Shown: positions 36,407 to 46,692 of the stretch, one piece after another | Layout of the letters: each line of letters begins with the position of its first letter | Position numbering within the stretch: the stretch's first letter is position 1 | Source of the DNA: a virus | Virus record (IMG/VR): IMGVR_UViG_3300008110_000166 | Location: 26,421 to 90,420 of that record | Direction: 5' to 3' (one strand) | DNA length: 64,000 nt | Notes under the pieces: generated by a model | Told to the model about the DNA's origin: nothing | What the model saw: the letters and a program-made list of their open reading frames with translations, nothing else | Database searches by the model: none | Position numbers and translations under genes: made by a program

Positions 36407-37213
36407 ATGGGTGTCACCATATATAGGAACATGAGTATTGGGGATGTACCACCAACCCCTGCACACCCAATGATTGACGAGTCAATAACTCCAGAATCAC
36501 GAAAATCACTTCTGGATATGGGAAGAATTTTGGGCACCCCAGTCAGTTACGCCCAAGAGCAAAATGGCAGACTCATTCAGAATATTGTCCCAGTGCATAA
36601 GACTGAATATCAGCAGATTTCAACATCATCCAAAGTTGAGCTGCAAATGCATACGGAATCGTCATTCCACCCGTACAGACCTTCACATGTCCTTTTGCTC
36701 TGCCTGCGTGGCGATGACTCCGCGTTCACAACATATGCAGATGATTTTGACATCATCGAAAAGCTGAGCGACGAAGCGATTAATGTGCTGAAAATGCCAT
36801 GGTTCACAACTCAGGTAGATGACAGCTTCAGAACAAACGGTGAGCCAAATATGAAAATGACCACATCTATTCTTAGGGAAAACACCATTTCTGTTTATTC
36901 ATCTTGGATGATGACGTATGATTCTGCTTTTATGGAGGCCTCTGGAGTAGACGAGAAGTCACAGATTGAAGCAGAAAGAGCACTCGAAGAGATGCGTATG
37001 GCCGTGGATGCTTCCACCAAACAGGTGGCACTCAAAACAGGTGAACTTATGGTTATCGATAATAGAACAACCATCCACGGGAGAAAGCCATTTCAGCCAC
37101 GTTATGACGGAACGGACAGATGGGTTCAGAGAATGGTTGTGATTGGGACGCTTCCTCCTCCTGACCATATTTCTGGCCACGTCATAACTACAAAGTTCCG
37201 CTCGAATGGGTAG
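36407..37213 (+). CDS. TauD/clavaminate-synthase-like Fe(II)/2OG dioxygenase
   Basis: HTE..FH...P...LLCLR; DN...HGR..F.PRYDG.DRW.QR. Confidence 0.9.
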   Translation: MGVTIYRNMSIGDVPPTPAHPMIDESITPESRKSLLDMGRILGTPVSYAQEQNGRLIQNIVPVHKTEYQQISTSSKVELQMHTESSFHPYRPSHVLLLCLRGDDSAFTTYADDFDIIEKLSDEAINVLKMPWFTTQVDDSFRTNGEPNMKMTTSILRENTISVYSSWMMTYDSAFMEASGVDEKSQIEAERALEEMRMAVDASTKQVALKTGELMVIDNRTTIHGRKPFQPRYDGTDRWVQRMVVIGTLPPPDHISGHVITTKFRSNG

Positions 37214-37523
37214 GGGTTGCATGACTTTTTTTAATGTTTTCTCAAACCCTAAATACGACCTGTACCCAATCGTTGTGATGCAGGCAAGGTACGGCGGAGC
37301 CTATGAAGGCGGCAAATGGATAGCGATTGGCTGTTTCGAAAGTATAGAAAAGTCCGGAATGACCGATTACGTATCAGGTGACGACTGTGACGCACTCGAT
37401 TTTTGGCTTTCCGATGAGGCGAAAAAAATAGGTCGCGGTTCAGACCCTAATTCAGCAGTTGTTGACTTATGCGTGCGGAATGATTTTGACCCAAATCAAA
37501 TCATTCATACATATCTGGATTAG
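37206..37523 (+). CDS. hypothetical protein
   Basis: YP......RYGG.YEGG.W motif. Confidence 0.65.
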   Translation: MGRGCMTFFNVFSNPKYDLYPIVVMQARYGGAYEGGKWIAIGCFESIEKSGMTDYVSGDDCDALDFWLSDEAKKIGRGSDPNSAVVDLCVRNDFDPNQIIHTYLD

Positions 37524-37877
37524 GAAGTTTAAACATCTTTCTAAGTTGAAGAATGTAAGGAATTGACGCAATTACTCCAACTGGCAAAAATGCCAAAATA
37601 AACTTCATGCCAATTCTTTTCCTCATCTGTTATCCCCATTATTGAAGTCCATGATACCCCCATCTATTTTAGAGATACTTTGTATAGATTCATCTTATAA
37701 CAAGATTGAGCGCCATAATATACGTCATGTTCTTTATCGTCTTAATTTTAACAGTAACAGCAATATTTTCAGCACATAGATTTGTGATGAACTCGGTCGA
37801 GTCTTACGACAGCTACGGCAACGGCGGCTCTTTCCGTGAGTGGCAGCAATTTGAGAGGGAAAAGCTTAACTTTTAAG

Positions 37878-38489
37878 CTACTTGACGTATATTCCAATGC
37901 GTTCTAGTTCTGTTCCTTCGTCGCTTATAAATCTATAGCCTTCTGGCTTTGGGTCTATTTCGTTCTTCCATAACGGGATTACCGAGCTATTCCCATGCAT
38001 AAAATCTGGATTCCCACGCAGGTGTATTTCTATTAGTTTGCCACCGATGAACTCGCAGTTAATCGTTTTATAGCGAAGTGGTATGTATCCGATAAAGCTT
38101 GGTAGCGGATGGATTTGTTCAGTTTTTTCCCATCTTGTGAACCTTTGATACGGGCGTTTCTTGTCTTTTTCACCCCTAACCGAAAGAACAGGTTCGTAGC
38201 CACTGTAGTCAATGCTCAAATGGTCGCCTTCAAATATCTCGCACCAGAACTCTCCCGGGTGAAGATGACTCGTATCTCCGTCAAGATACTCGACTCGTGC
38301 ATTGCGCCCCATGCCTTTTATATTGCTGATAGGCCTAACAAAATACTCGCCTCGTTTTGGAACTGGCACGCCCATTGGGCCACATAGATGACCAGACCGT
38401 CTAGCAACTATTAGTTTGTCGAAAATCCACAAGTCTTCTGGATTACAATTTTTCCAGGCATTAACTTCTATTAAATAGTCATTTTTCAT
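37878..38489 (-). CDS. ATP-grasp-like phage protein
   Basis: VRP..N..GMG, FWCE.F.G.H.S.D, N.EFI...LIE.HLR.NPD. Confidence 0.6.
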   Translation of the reverse strand: MKNDYLIEVNAWKNCNPEDLWIFDKLIVARRSGHLCGPMGVPVPKRGEYFVRPISNIKGMGRNARVEYLDGDTSHLHPGEFWCEIFEGDHLSIDYSGYEPVLSVRGEKDKKRPYQRFTRWEKTEQIHPLPSFIGYIPLRYKTINCEFIGGKLIEIHLRGNPDFMHGNSSVIPLWKNEIDPKPEGYRFISDEGTELERIGIYVK

Positions 38490-38735
38490 CTATGGTTCGA
38501 TGAATATGCACTCACCAGGGCACTCTTCGGCGGCTTCAATTACGTCAGACAGTCTTTCGTCTGCGAAAGATGCCATTCCTTCTGCTCCCTCTGGGTTCCC
38601 CGCAGCGGCCGCATAAATCTTTTCCCCTTCGCGCACATACGCAAGACCGTCTGGCATCATATGAAAAACATCTGGGGCTATCTCCGCGCAAAGACCATCT
38701 CCAGTGCATAAGTCTTGGTCAATCCAAACTCTCAT
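38490..38735 (-). CDS. ferredoxin (single Fe-S cluster, actinobacterial type)
   Basis: CTGDGLC..IAP.VF...CPGECI. Confidence 0.9.
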   Translation of the reverse strand: MRVWIDQDLCTGDGLCAEIAPDVFHMMPDGLAYVREGEKIYAAAAGNPEGAEGMASFADERLSDVIEAAEECPGECIFIEP

Positions 38736-39073
38736 TACTTAAATTCAGCTTTATTCAGGCATGCGGTTGATGGGTTCTCTACATCATCAGAGGAGTAAAT
38801 ACGGGCCAGAATTCGTCCATACTTATCATTTTTATCTGGGATTGTGTTAACAAAAACCCACTGATGGTTTGTTAGCCAGTCTTTAGTAAAAGACTTAGCC
38901 TTAAGACCCATTTCTTTTTCTGCAAGGTCTTTGGTTCTTGATTCAGGAGTATTCACTCCATACAAACGAACACGTATCTTGTGATGGATACTAAAGCCGA
39001 GGTCTATCATCAAGTCAATAGTGTCACCATCAACAACATTGAGGACCGTAGCCCCATACCAGAATCTTTGCAT
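38735..39073 (-). CDS. thermonuclease (SNase-like), possibly C-terminally truncated
   Basis: VVDGDT, RVRLYG.NTPE, KYGR.LA. Confidence 0.8.
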   Translation of the reverse strand: MQRFWYGATVLNVVDGDTIDLMIDLGFSIHHKIRVRLYGVNTPESRTKDLAEKEMGLKAKSFTKDWLTNHQWVFVNTIPDKNDKYGRILARIYSSDDVENPSTACLNKAEFK

Positions 39074-41079
39074 CAGAAGTCTCTAATTCCGCGGTTTTTC
39101 CTGTTGTCCCTCAGATTGAACTGTCCTGGGTCTCTTTCTGGATTTTCTCTTCCGTTGCCCCTTAAGAATCCTGGGTCTGGATTTCTTTGCGGATTCCCTC
39201 GTCCATTTCCTCTTAAGAATCCTGGGTCTGGATTTGAATCTCTGTCGGCTCTTCTTCTTGGGCCAGATGGCTTATCTATGCTGTCTGGTCTTTTTCTGTC
39301 GTCATCGCTTGTTGGGCGACGTGAATCAGTCTGGCCTCGACGAGTTGCAGCATCGCTTGCGCCAACGCCGCGATTTGCTCTTGCCCTGTCGGCAGCGTCG
39401 CCCATTCTGTTCGGATTTGAACGGTCTGTCCTGTCAGCACCTCTTCTGTCATTTGCACCCGTTCTTTTGTCAGGGCCGTACAGCTGAAGTGTTCCATCAC
39501 GCTGTTCTCTTATGTATTCTCTGTCTTTTGGCGTCTGTCCGTCGTATTGTTGCAACTGTCCATCAGCGTCTTCCAGAATGTATCCAGGTTTATATTCGGA
39601 CCGACTAGCTCTATCGGCTGAATCGGGTTTTCTATTTGGGGCTGAACGGTCAGCCCTGTCAGCTCCACGACGGTCGTCTGCACTGGTTGGTCTGCGGGAA
39701 TCTGTTTGTCCACGTCGAGTTGCGGCATCTCTCGTCCCCTGAGCGGCTTGACGACCAACACGAACAGGCTGGTCGCCTGCTGCGCGGTTTCCGGTTCCAC
39801 GGTCAACGCTGTCTGGGCGCTTGCGGTCGTCGGCGCTCGTTGGTCTTCTTGAGTCTGTTTGTCCACGTCGAGTCGCTGCATCTCTTGTGCCTTGAGCCTC
39901 CTGGCGGCCAACTCTTACTGGCTGGTCTCCAGCAACCCTATTGCCGGTCCCCTTATCGATTGAGTCTGGACGACGCTTATCATCAGCACTGGTTGGCCTG
40001 CGCGAATCTGTTTGACCACGACGAGTTGCGGCATCAGATACGCCAGTTGTTCTTCCACGATTAGCCAATGCTCTGTCAGCAGCGTCTATGCGACGTGCTG
40101 GTGGAGAATTGTCAATTCTGTCTGCTGGTTTTCTATCTGCAGCGGAGGAGCGTTGTGCTTGGCCGGTGAGTCTGTCACTTTGAGCTTGATTTCTTCTGGC
40201 TCTTGCGGCATCCGTATTTGCTCTACCGATTTGAGCTTGTGCTTCAGCACCTGAACGAACAGTCTGCTTGTCAAAAGCTGCTCGCGCCCTTGCTCTAGCG
40301 TCTCTTTCCCTCTGGGAGCGGTCTGCCACGTCTCTGTTTGGCTTTATGCCCTGAGATGCAAGCTGTCCACGAACAAACTTTCTGCGACGCTTTTCATAGT
40401 CAGAGTTGCTTTGCCTCTTGTATGGTGCCCGCTGCTCTTCTGGGGTTCCGTCATTAATCATTCCGTCGCCGTCATGGTCAATCGCATCCAATGAACCCTG
40501 TGCTGTTGCACCAATTGTTCCACCGCGTTGTTGCCCGATGGTCTGTCCTTGAAGTTGCTTTTCATTCAACTCGACTTCATCGCTCTTCTTCTTGGTGTTT
40601 TCATATCTTTCAAGAAGTCTTCTTCCTTTTGCCGCGAGTTTTGCCGCTGCCGCTGCATCCTTTGGGACTGGTTCACCCCATGCTGCCGCAGATAGCGCGA
40701 GACGCGTTGCACGACCCTTTTCATCTTTCATTGGACCAGATGGATTTGTGAAGAAGCGTGTAAGGAAGGAACCTTTTCTACGCATTTTTTCTGGAGTGTC
40801 AGCAGGTCCTTTGACTCCAGGTTTAAGGTTCGCGCCTTCTGTTCTCTTGAAGTAAGCACGGCCAGCCGCAGTGAGACCGCCTTCTGGGTTCTTTAATTTT
40901 TGTTTCGCTGACTTCTCACCATAAAATTCTTCTGAAAGATAATCAAAAACAACTGACGAGTAATACTCGTCGTAGATTGGTTGTTCAATTTCGAATGACT
41001 CATCTTCTTTGATTGAGATATTAATTTCAATCTCTGATAGCTCGTTAAAGAGTTGTTCTATTTCTGTATTTTCATCCAT
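39073..41079 (-). CDS. head-region protein with DUF6321-like domain and long Arg/Asp-rich repeat tail
   Basis: KNP.GGLTAAGR...GANLKPGV...RRKGSF..RF; DHDGDG..NDGT; DAATRRGQTDSRRPTS x4; start moved downstream of the terminator. Confidence 0.75.
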   Translation of the reverse strand: MDENTEIEQLFNELSEIEINISIKEDESFEIEQPIYDEYYSSVVFDYLSEEFYGEKSAKQKLKNPEGGLTAAGRAYFKRTEGANLKPGVKGPADTPEKMRRKGSFLTRFFTNPSGPMKDEKGRATRLALSAAAWGEPVPKDAAAAAKLAAKGRRLLERYENTKKKSDEVELNEKQLQGQTIGQQRGGTIGATAQGSLDAIDHDGDGMINDGTPEEQRAPYKRQSNSDYEKRRRKFVRGQLASQGIKPNRDVADRSQRERDARARARAAFDKQTVRSGAEAQAQIGRANTDAARARRNQAQSDRLTGQAQRSSAADRKPADRIDNSPPARRIDAADRALANRGRTTGVSDAATRRGQTDSRRPTSADDKRRPDSIDKGTGNRVAGDQPVRVGRQEAQGTRDAATRRGQTDSRRPTSADDRKRPDSVDRGTGNRAAGDQPVRVGRQAAQGTRDAATRRGQTDSRRPTSADDRRGADRADRSAPNRKPDSADRASRSEYKPGYILEDADGQLQQYDGQTPKDREYIREQRDGTLQLYGPDKRTGANDRRGADRTDRSNPNRMGDAADRARANRGVGASDAATRRGQTDSRRPTSDDDRKRPDSIDKPSGPRRRADRDSNPDPGFLRGNGRGNPQRNPDPGFLRGNGRENPERDPGQFNLRDNRKNRGIRDF

Positions 41080-41108
41080 TTGTACATTCTCCCACATGAA
41101 TTTGATGC

Positions 41109-41146
41109 AAAAAAGAACCCCCGGTCTTTTTAGGGACCGGGGGTTC
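41109..41146 (-). terminator. intrinsic terminator after the capsid gene
   Basis: GAACCCCCGGTC..GACCGGGGGTTC stem plus T6. Confidence 0.9.
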
Positions 41147-41169
41147 AACTTTTTAGCTAGTGCTGATTA

Positions 41170-42540
41170 TCAGCTTGGCTCGGCGTCGAAGTCGACTTTC
41201 ACGAACGCTTCTGGACGCTTGACAGCGAGAGCGAGTCTCTGTTCTGCCAAAACGACGATTGCGTTGCGCACGAAGAAGTCTGAGTGCTGCTCCGAGATTC
41301 TGATTGAAGCCTGCTCGCGGTCGTACAGCTGTGCTGCTGTTCCGAACGCACCAACAAGGGCTGTGCCCTCGGTGATTGCTGGCGTATCAACAACTGGCAT
41401 TCTCCAGACGCGTGGCTCGCCACCCATTGCAACCGAAACTGCAACGAGGTACTGACCTTGATTGTCCTTTGTCAATTCGATGTCTTCCCAGTCGTTCGGG
41501 TGCAACACGATGCCGGATGGCTCGTAGTAAGCGAGGAACGAGAGGGTAGCGGCACGACGAATTGCATCAGCCTTTGTGTCAGCAACTGGGCTTGTTGCAC
41601 CTGATGACCATGCGTACTCTTGAATGTTTGGCGTGTTGAGAACACCGAGGAGATTTTCTCCTGCGCCGTTACCATTCAAAATCTGGTCGTCTTCGAGAAG
41701 ACGCAGACCGTACATCAATTCGTTGTCGATGATTGAACGCAACTGTGGCTCATCGGCTAGGACGTTGCGGTGTGCAGCTTCCCAGTGTGCCAATGTGCGA
41801 ATAGGAGCTTGCTCACCAACGAACGAGAATGACGACTGTGGCTTCATTGCAAACGCGTTGTTTGCGCCGTTACGCTCAGCGACAGTTGATGCTGAGTTAA
41901 CACCAGCAGCAAAGCCGTAACCACCCTGAATTGGTGTGGTGAAGCCGAGCTGACGGAAGTACTCGATAACTGCTGCTGTTGTCGTGCGGACTGGGAACAG
42001 GTCACGAACACGCTTGGTACGCATTGGCTGCGTTACCATCGCATCGCGCTGAACACTTCCGAACGTGCCCAAGCGGCTGCCTGTTACGTTTGTGTTTGGA
42101 ATTGCTGAATAGACGTCCTTAACTTGGATGCCACCTGTGAACGAAGCCTTCACCTGCCACGGAGCAACCATGTTTGCACCGTTGCGGCCATTGGCGAGTG
42201 ACTTGAACTCAGCTGACTCGAGGAACATTTCGCCGATTGACTTGATTTCTGAGCTTGTAAGCTGTGAAACCTCTGCTGCAGCAGCAGCAAATGAACCAGC
42301 AACAGTCTCAGTTGGCTGTGATGACCAAGACTCAACTGAGTCCATGGCCTGCATGCCGTCGATGAGGCTCTTGATTTCCTTGATGTCAGACATGTTCTTG
42401 TCGAACGCTGTCTTCTGTTCTGGGGTGACGACAACTGTGCCGTCTTCTACGCGGAATGAGTCCGCAATGGCCTTATTATCGGCCATCTTCGAACGAAGTG
42501 CACCTTGCAGTTCGTTCAATCTTGACTTGTCTTGCGACAT
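41170..42540 (-). CDS. major capsid protein (HK97 fold)
   Basis: Coiled-coil delta domain; TLAHW...VLADEPQL...ILNGNG...HP.DW..IEL.KD..G.Y...F.RN.....AE.R.AL.V.RPEAF. Confidence 0.95.
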   Translation of the reverse strand: MSQDKSRLNELQGALRSKMADNKAIADSFRVEDGTVVVTPEQKTAFDKNMSDIKEIKSLIDGMQAMDSVESWSSQPTETVAGSFAAAAAEVSQLTSSEIKSIGEMFLESAEFKSLANGRNGANMVAPWQVKASFTGGIQVKDVYSAIPNTNVTGSRLGTFGSVQRDAMVTQPMRTKRVRDLFPVRTTTAAVIEYFRQLGFTTPIQGGYGFAAGVNSASTVAERNGANNAFAMKPQSSFSFVGEQAPIRTLAHWEAAHRNVLADEPQLRSIIDNELMYGLRLLEDDQILNGNGAGENLLGVLNTPNIQEYAWSSGATSPVADTKADAIRRAATLSFLAYYEPSGIVLHPNDWEDIELTKDNQGQYLVAVSVAMGGEPRVWRMPVVDTPAITEGTALVGAFGTAAQLYDREQASIRISEQHSDFFVRNAIVVLAEQRLALAVKRPEAFVKVDFDAEPS

Positions 42541-42701
42541 GATTACTCCTGATTGGAATTGAGGGTTGGATATTTTATTACTGACGGCTTAGGTAAGCAC
42601 CCAGCCCTAGTTATATAAATTAACAGAGATTTACACTCTTTAGTGGAACTAGTTTTATTGCAAGATTATTGTGTGTAAATCGTTAAGAAGAAATAGATAA
42701 A

Positions 42702-43298
42702 TTACTTCTTCTTTTGACGTTTTAGTTCTTCACGAACCACTTTTTGTATATCACGTCGTGATTCCTCTTGCCGACCACGACGACCGAGTGATGTGGTACC
42801 AGAAACTCTTGCATAGTCGCTCATGTTTGTGCATGGCATCCACACTGCGCGCCCGTTCTTGGACACCCTTCTGCTTATTCCAATGCACCCAAGTTGCCTG
42901 GACCGAACGCGGGCTGATTCTGGGTCAATAAAGACATCTGGGTCGTTTTCGCGGACATATTCCGGCCCTGAGCGTGCTGTTTTTGCAGCCATGCCAGCTT
43001 CACCAGAAACAGCGCTTACTATTCCCACTCCTGGCAGTCCAGTTATTCCACGAATTGGTTTTTCTCCAAGTTCTTCCCATCCGTCTGACCGCTTCTTCCT
43101 TTTTCGTTTCTTCTGAAACGCCATTACCTTTTCGGTCCATTTTCCAGTCTCGGCTCTATTTGAAATACGAGACAGAGATTCTGGAGAAGAGCATGGAAGC
43201 CAGTTGCCATTTTCGTCTTGGTGCACTCCTGAACAACCAATCATTTTTGCAACTTCTTCTGCCTGTTCGCGAGAAACTGGTTCTTTCTGCTTAGCCAC
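42702..43298 (-). CDS. protein with two DUF3721-like GC.G...W.PC repeats
   Basis: IGCSGVH...WLPC and LGCIGIS...WMPC; GTG start at 43298. Confidence 0.65.
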   Translation of the reverse strand: MAKQKEPVSREQAEEVAKMIGCSGVHQDENGNWLPCSSPESLSRISNRAETGKWTEKVMAFQKKRKRKKRSDGWEELGEKPIRGITGLPGVGIVSAVSGEAGMAAKTARSGPEYVRENDPDVFIDPESARVRSRQLGCIGISRRVSKNGRAVWMPCTNMSDYARVSGTTSLGRRGRQEESRRDIQKVVREELKRQKKK

Positions 43299-43299
43299 A

Positions 43300-44040
43300 T
43301 TAGAACCTTTCGTGAACTTCTTTTTTGGCAATAGAGATTCGGTCTTCACCTTTTGTTGCGACCGGGGAAATCGAACCAGCACGACGGAGAGCTCGTCTAT
43401 TTTGGCTTTGTGTTGATGAATCAAGATTCTTTAAACGAATAAATCTTCTCGTAAAACCATCTCCAAGTTTTTCCTGCAGCTCTATTGCTTGCCCCATCAA
43501 AGCATCATCGTTTTTTGCACTAATTATCGAGCCGGAACGACTTTCTATGGCTAGACCAGAGTTTTTCATTCCTAAGGCGAATGATGCTTTCTTGTTGCTT
43601 GAAATGAATTTTCTGATTTTAAGGTTAATTTTGTCTGTTTTTGAGAATTTGTTAGAATTGGCGTTTATTTTTTCTTCTAATGATTTTGACTCAAAATTTA
43701 TCTTTTTATCAAACTTAACTCTTTCTTTGAAATTTGGTTTCAAAGAGGCGACTTTCTCTAAAATCACTCCAGTGAATGATTTTTGGTCAACTTCAATTTC
43801 TGATGTTTTCTTGACAATATTTTCAAGGATGCTTTTTGAGACAGTTTTAAAAGCTGTTTGAGAAATTCCGTCCGGCATTGAATACTCACCAGTTTTTGCA
43901 AATGAGTTTTCCGCCTCTTTTGCCCATTCTGAACCCAACTCGTGAAAACCATAAAACTTGGTGTTTTCTTGTTCTTTAACGATTACGCCAAAATTTGTGT
44001 CTCTCACTGCATCCTTAAGAATTGATACGGAAGCCATCAT
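43300..44040 (-). CDS. Lys-rich hypothetical head-region protein
   Basis: ORF with ATGA coupling. Confidence 0.7.
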   Translation of the reverse strand: MMASVSILKDAVRDTNFGVIVKEQENTKFYGFHELGSEWAKEAENSFAKTGEYSMPDGISQTAFKTVSKSILENIVKKTSEIEVDQKSFTGVILEKVASLKPNFKERVKFDKKINFESKSLEEKINANSNKFSKTDKINLKIRKFISSNKKASFALGMKNSGLAIESRSGSIISAKNDDALMGQAIELQEKLGDGFTRRFIRLKNLDSSTQSQNRRALRRAGSISPVATKGEDRISIAKKEVHERF

Positions 44041-46052
44041 TCACCTCTCAGTACATCTACGAGTGTTTTTTTACTCTTTGACAAAGTTTCCAGTCTGTTC
44101 TTAAATAGCACTTCGATTATTTTCAAGTGTGCTTCTTCTCCAGCAGAAAGACCATCAAGTTTCATTCTTCTACGCAATTCAGCCATTTTGAATAAACGAG
44201 CCCTATTAATAAGGGCATCGATGTATCGTCTGAAAGCAGCTTGCTGTTGTGCTTTTAGTTGAGCGTAATATTCAGAATAATTCGGCATGCCAGCCGCCTT
44301 GTAGAAATCTTCAATTGTCATTTTTGTTCTCTTGGATATTTCTATTTTGTCCAAGTCTGTGAGTCCTGATGTTATGTTTTGCGCTAACATCGCCCGCACC
44401 CCGTCTGATGTATCCATTGCATAAATTGAGGAGTTCGGTCTTTCTCTTTGGTCGGTCAAAAAGTCCGAAACCATCATCCTTGCAATATCCTGTGGGTCTA
44501 GGTCATTGAACTTTATGTTTGGGTTTAGTTTTGAACCCTGAAGTGCGGTCTCTACGTCTTCCCTGAAGTACTGACGCTTGTCTCCCGGCTTTCCAAAAAA
44601 GAACACATCTGGAGACTCGAGACCCAAGTGTTGCTGAAGGTCGGAAGCAAAGAATTCTCCCATGTGTTGATACTTCTTTGGCAACTGACTTAAGAAGTAC
44701 TTATTTCCGCCCACTGTTATTAATGTCTGATTATTGGCAAGTTTCGTTGTCTGTATAACTTTGGATTTCCTGAGAACCTGCGGCATTATTTCTGCAGATA
44801 TCTGTGAAAGGCTTCCGCCTTCTATCAGAAATTGGACAGCTTCATCAATATCTGTAATTTTCTTGCCAATCGCTCGATTGGAAACTGTTTTTCTTGCTGG
44901 CTCTGGTGCTGCAGGGGCTTTTGCTGCGCGCATTTTAAATCCAGCAGTGGCCCATCTTGGTTTTCCGTTCACTACTTCATTGGGGTTCTTTAGGCCAACA
45001 AAGTTTTCCGTATACCCAATTCCGTCTCCGGTCTCATCGGCAACCATTTTGAGTCTTGATGCTGGGTCATTGCCAACGCTAGATTCAATGGCTGTATTTA
45101 CTGTGCGCCCAAGTTTTCTTCTTTCACCAACAGAAAGTTTTCTTTTCTTTTCCAGGGTTAGAGTTGAACCACCAGGAAGAACATAGATAAGCGAACGCAC
45201 GCCGGTATTTGAAAGCAATCCTAGTTCATCATTTCCTATGTCTTGCGGAGAGAGCGCCGAGAGCATGTAGGTTGCGCCTTCCATGTCTCTGTTGTCCGGG
45301 ATTGCTCTAAGAACTTTTGCTGGTACGACTGGTTCCAACACAAAACCATCACGACGAACCATTCTGGAAACCCTGTTACCGGTAGAGCCAATGTCTGAGG
45401 TAAGTTTTTTTACCTGCTCGGAAGCGACCTGCCTGTTTTCAACAGACACTTTTGGTATCTGTGGCTTACGTGATTGAATCAGACTTTCTGGATACTGACC
45501 AGCACCCAGTGGTGTTCCAGTAACTTTTTCTGGCTTCTTTCCTCGTACAGCGCGCCTAATCGCGGCAAGCGCTAAACCAAGTGGTGATGGGATATCAAAA
45601 AGTTTTGCCCCACACGTAGAAAGTCTTGAGTCAGTAAATCTTCCGCCGTACTGGTAACCCTCTGGGCATCTGTGCCCACGATTCTGGCCAGGAAGCGAAC
45701 CGCCTCGACTACCACCAGGTTTTCCTGGTGTAATTGTTCTGTATACAGCAGAGCGAACAGGTGAGCGGATTGGGTCGGAGTCGCCAGGAATGGCTATTGA
45801 AACAAGACTTCTTCCGAGCCTTGATGCTTTAACCTGCATCCCGTCTTGGAAGAGCGTCTTGGTTGAACCAATTCTTGTGGTTCCGTTCCTCTTGCTGAGA
45901 GCCTTAAAATCAATGATGTCCTGCGTTAACGGCAAGTGTTTTCTTGCAATGTTGCGAGGGTGCGTAGAGTCATCGCTTGCAAGAAATATTCTTGCTACCG
46001 AAACTTGCTCTTGACCAGGGCAGCACGATTGAGGTTGCGTGAATCTAGACAT
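44037..46052 (-). CDS. head-region protein with degenerate HipA/PI3K-like kinase fold at the C-terminus
   Basis: E.FASDL..HLGL.SP.V...M.VSDFLTDQRER; N-terminal RCP.G...GG.FT motif. Confidence 0.55.
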   Translation of the reverse strand: MSRFTQPQSCCPGQEQVSVARIFLASDDSTHPRNIARKHLPLTQDIIDFKALSKRNGTTRIGSTKTLFQDGMQVKASRLGRSLVSIAIPGDSDPIRSPVRSAVYRTITPGKPGGSRGGSLPGQNRGHRCPEGYQYGGRFTDSRLSTCGAKLFDIPSPLGLALAAIRRAVRGKKPEKVTGTPLGAGQYPESLIQSRKPQIPKVSVENRQVASEQVKKLTSDIGSTGNRVSRMVRRDGFVLEPVVPAKVLRAIPDNRDMEGATYMLSALSPQDIGNDELGLLSNTGVRSLIYVLPGGSTLTLEKKRKLSVGERRKLGRTVNTAIESSVGNDPASRLKMVADETGDGIGYTENFVGLKNPNEVVNGKPRWATAGFKMRAAKAPAAPEPARKTVSNRAIGKKITDIDEAVQFLIEGGSLSQISAEIMPQVLRKSKVIQTTKLANNQTLITVGGNKYFLSQLPKKYQHMGEFFASDLQQHLGLESPDVFFFGKPGDKRQYFREDVETALQGSKLNPNIKFNDLDPQDIARMMVSDFLTDQRERPNSSIYAMDTSDGVRAMLAQNITSGLTDLDKIEISKRTKMTIEDFYKAAGMPNYSEYYAQLKAQQQAAFRRYIDALINRARLFKMAELRRRMKLDGLSAGEEAHLKIIEVLFKNRLETLSKSKKTLVDVLRGE

Positions 46053-46692
46053 AATCTCCGTTGCAGCATTCTGCCGATTTTCTCTTTGGAGAGATTTCTC
46101 TTACGACTTTATTTCCTTCTTCGTCGTCGCCTTCAACTTCCCAGTTGTCGTCATTGCGTAGAAACTCAATAAACTTTGGTTCCATGTCCATGAAGTCACG
46201 TAGTACTTCCATGGCATGTCTGAAGTCTGATTCCGTAACTACGTCCATTGGTGAATTAGGTTTTTCACCTTTAAACTCATGGAAGAAAACATCGTCGCTA
46301 TATTGCATGTCTAGAGACTTGCCTTTAGTCGGTCGCTTGGCGGCATTGCGCAAGTTGCGCGCAAACTCCATATTCGACCAGTTTTGTTTCTTAATCTTGC
46401 CTCGGCAATTTTTCATTCCTGGATGATGGCAGCCCTCGTTTGGCCACAGCCCAGTTGTTTCATGATGCAACCATGCACAAATATTGTTCAATGGATAAAG
46501 TTCTGGGTGGTTGGCAAGAATCACGCGACACCTGCGAAACCCGCCAGGCTTTCGCATGATTGGTCTCCAGTAGCGAAGAAGGCGTTCAAGATTTCCTCGA
46601 CGAGGACCGTATCCACGAAGAATGTCACCAGTGACAATCTCTTGAGGGATTATCCCACCAAGAGGGTCGGCCTTTAGCTCGTGTTCATTCAT
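46045..46692 (-). CDS. actinophage head-associated hypothetical protein
   Basis: GN.ERL.RYW...PG.F.RC...CA.LH...TG.WP. Confidence 0.7.
   Translation of the reverse strand: MNEHELKADPLGGIIPQEIVTGDILRGYGPRRGNLERLLRYWRPIMRKPGGFRRCRVILANHPELYPLNNICAWLHHETTGLWPNEGCHHPGMKNCRGKIKKQNWSNMEFARNLRNAAKRPTKGKSLDMQYSDDVFFHEFKGEKPNSPMDVVTESDFRHAMEVLRDFMDMEPKFIEFLRNDDNWEVEGDDEEGNKVVREISPKRKSAECCNGDYV

Noticed and set aside
39300-40050. DGR template/variable repeat pair
   Set aside because: The copies are in-frame peptide repeats with synonymous rather than adenine-specific changes, and no reverse transcriptase is in the window
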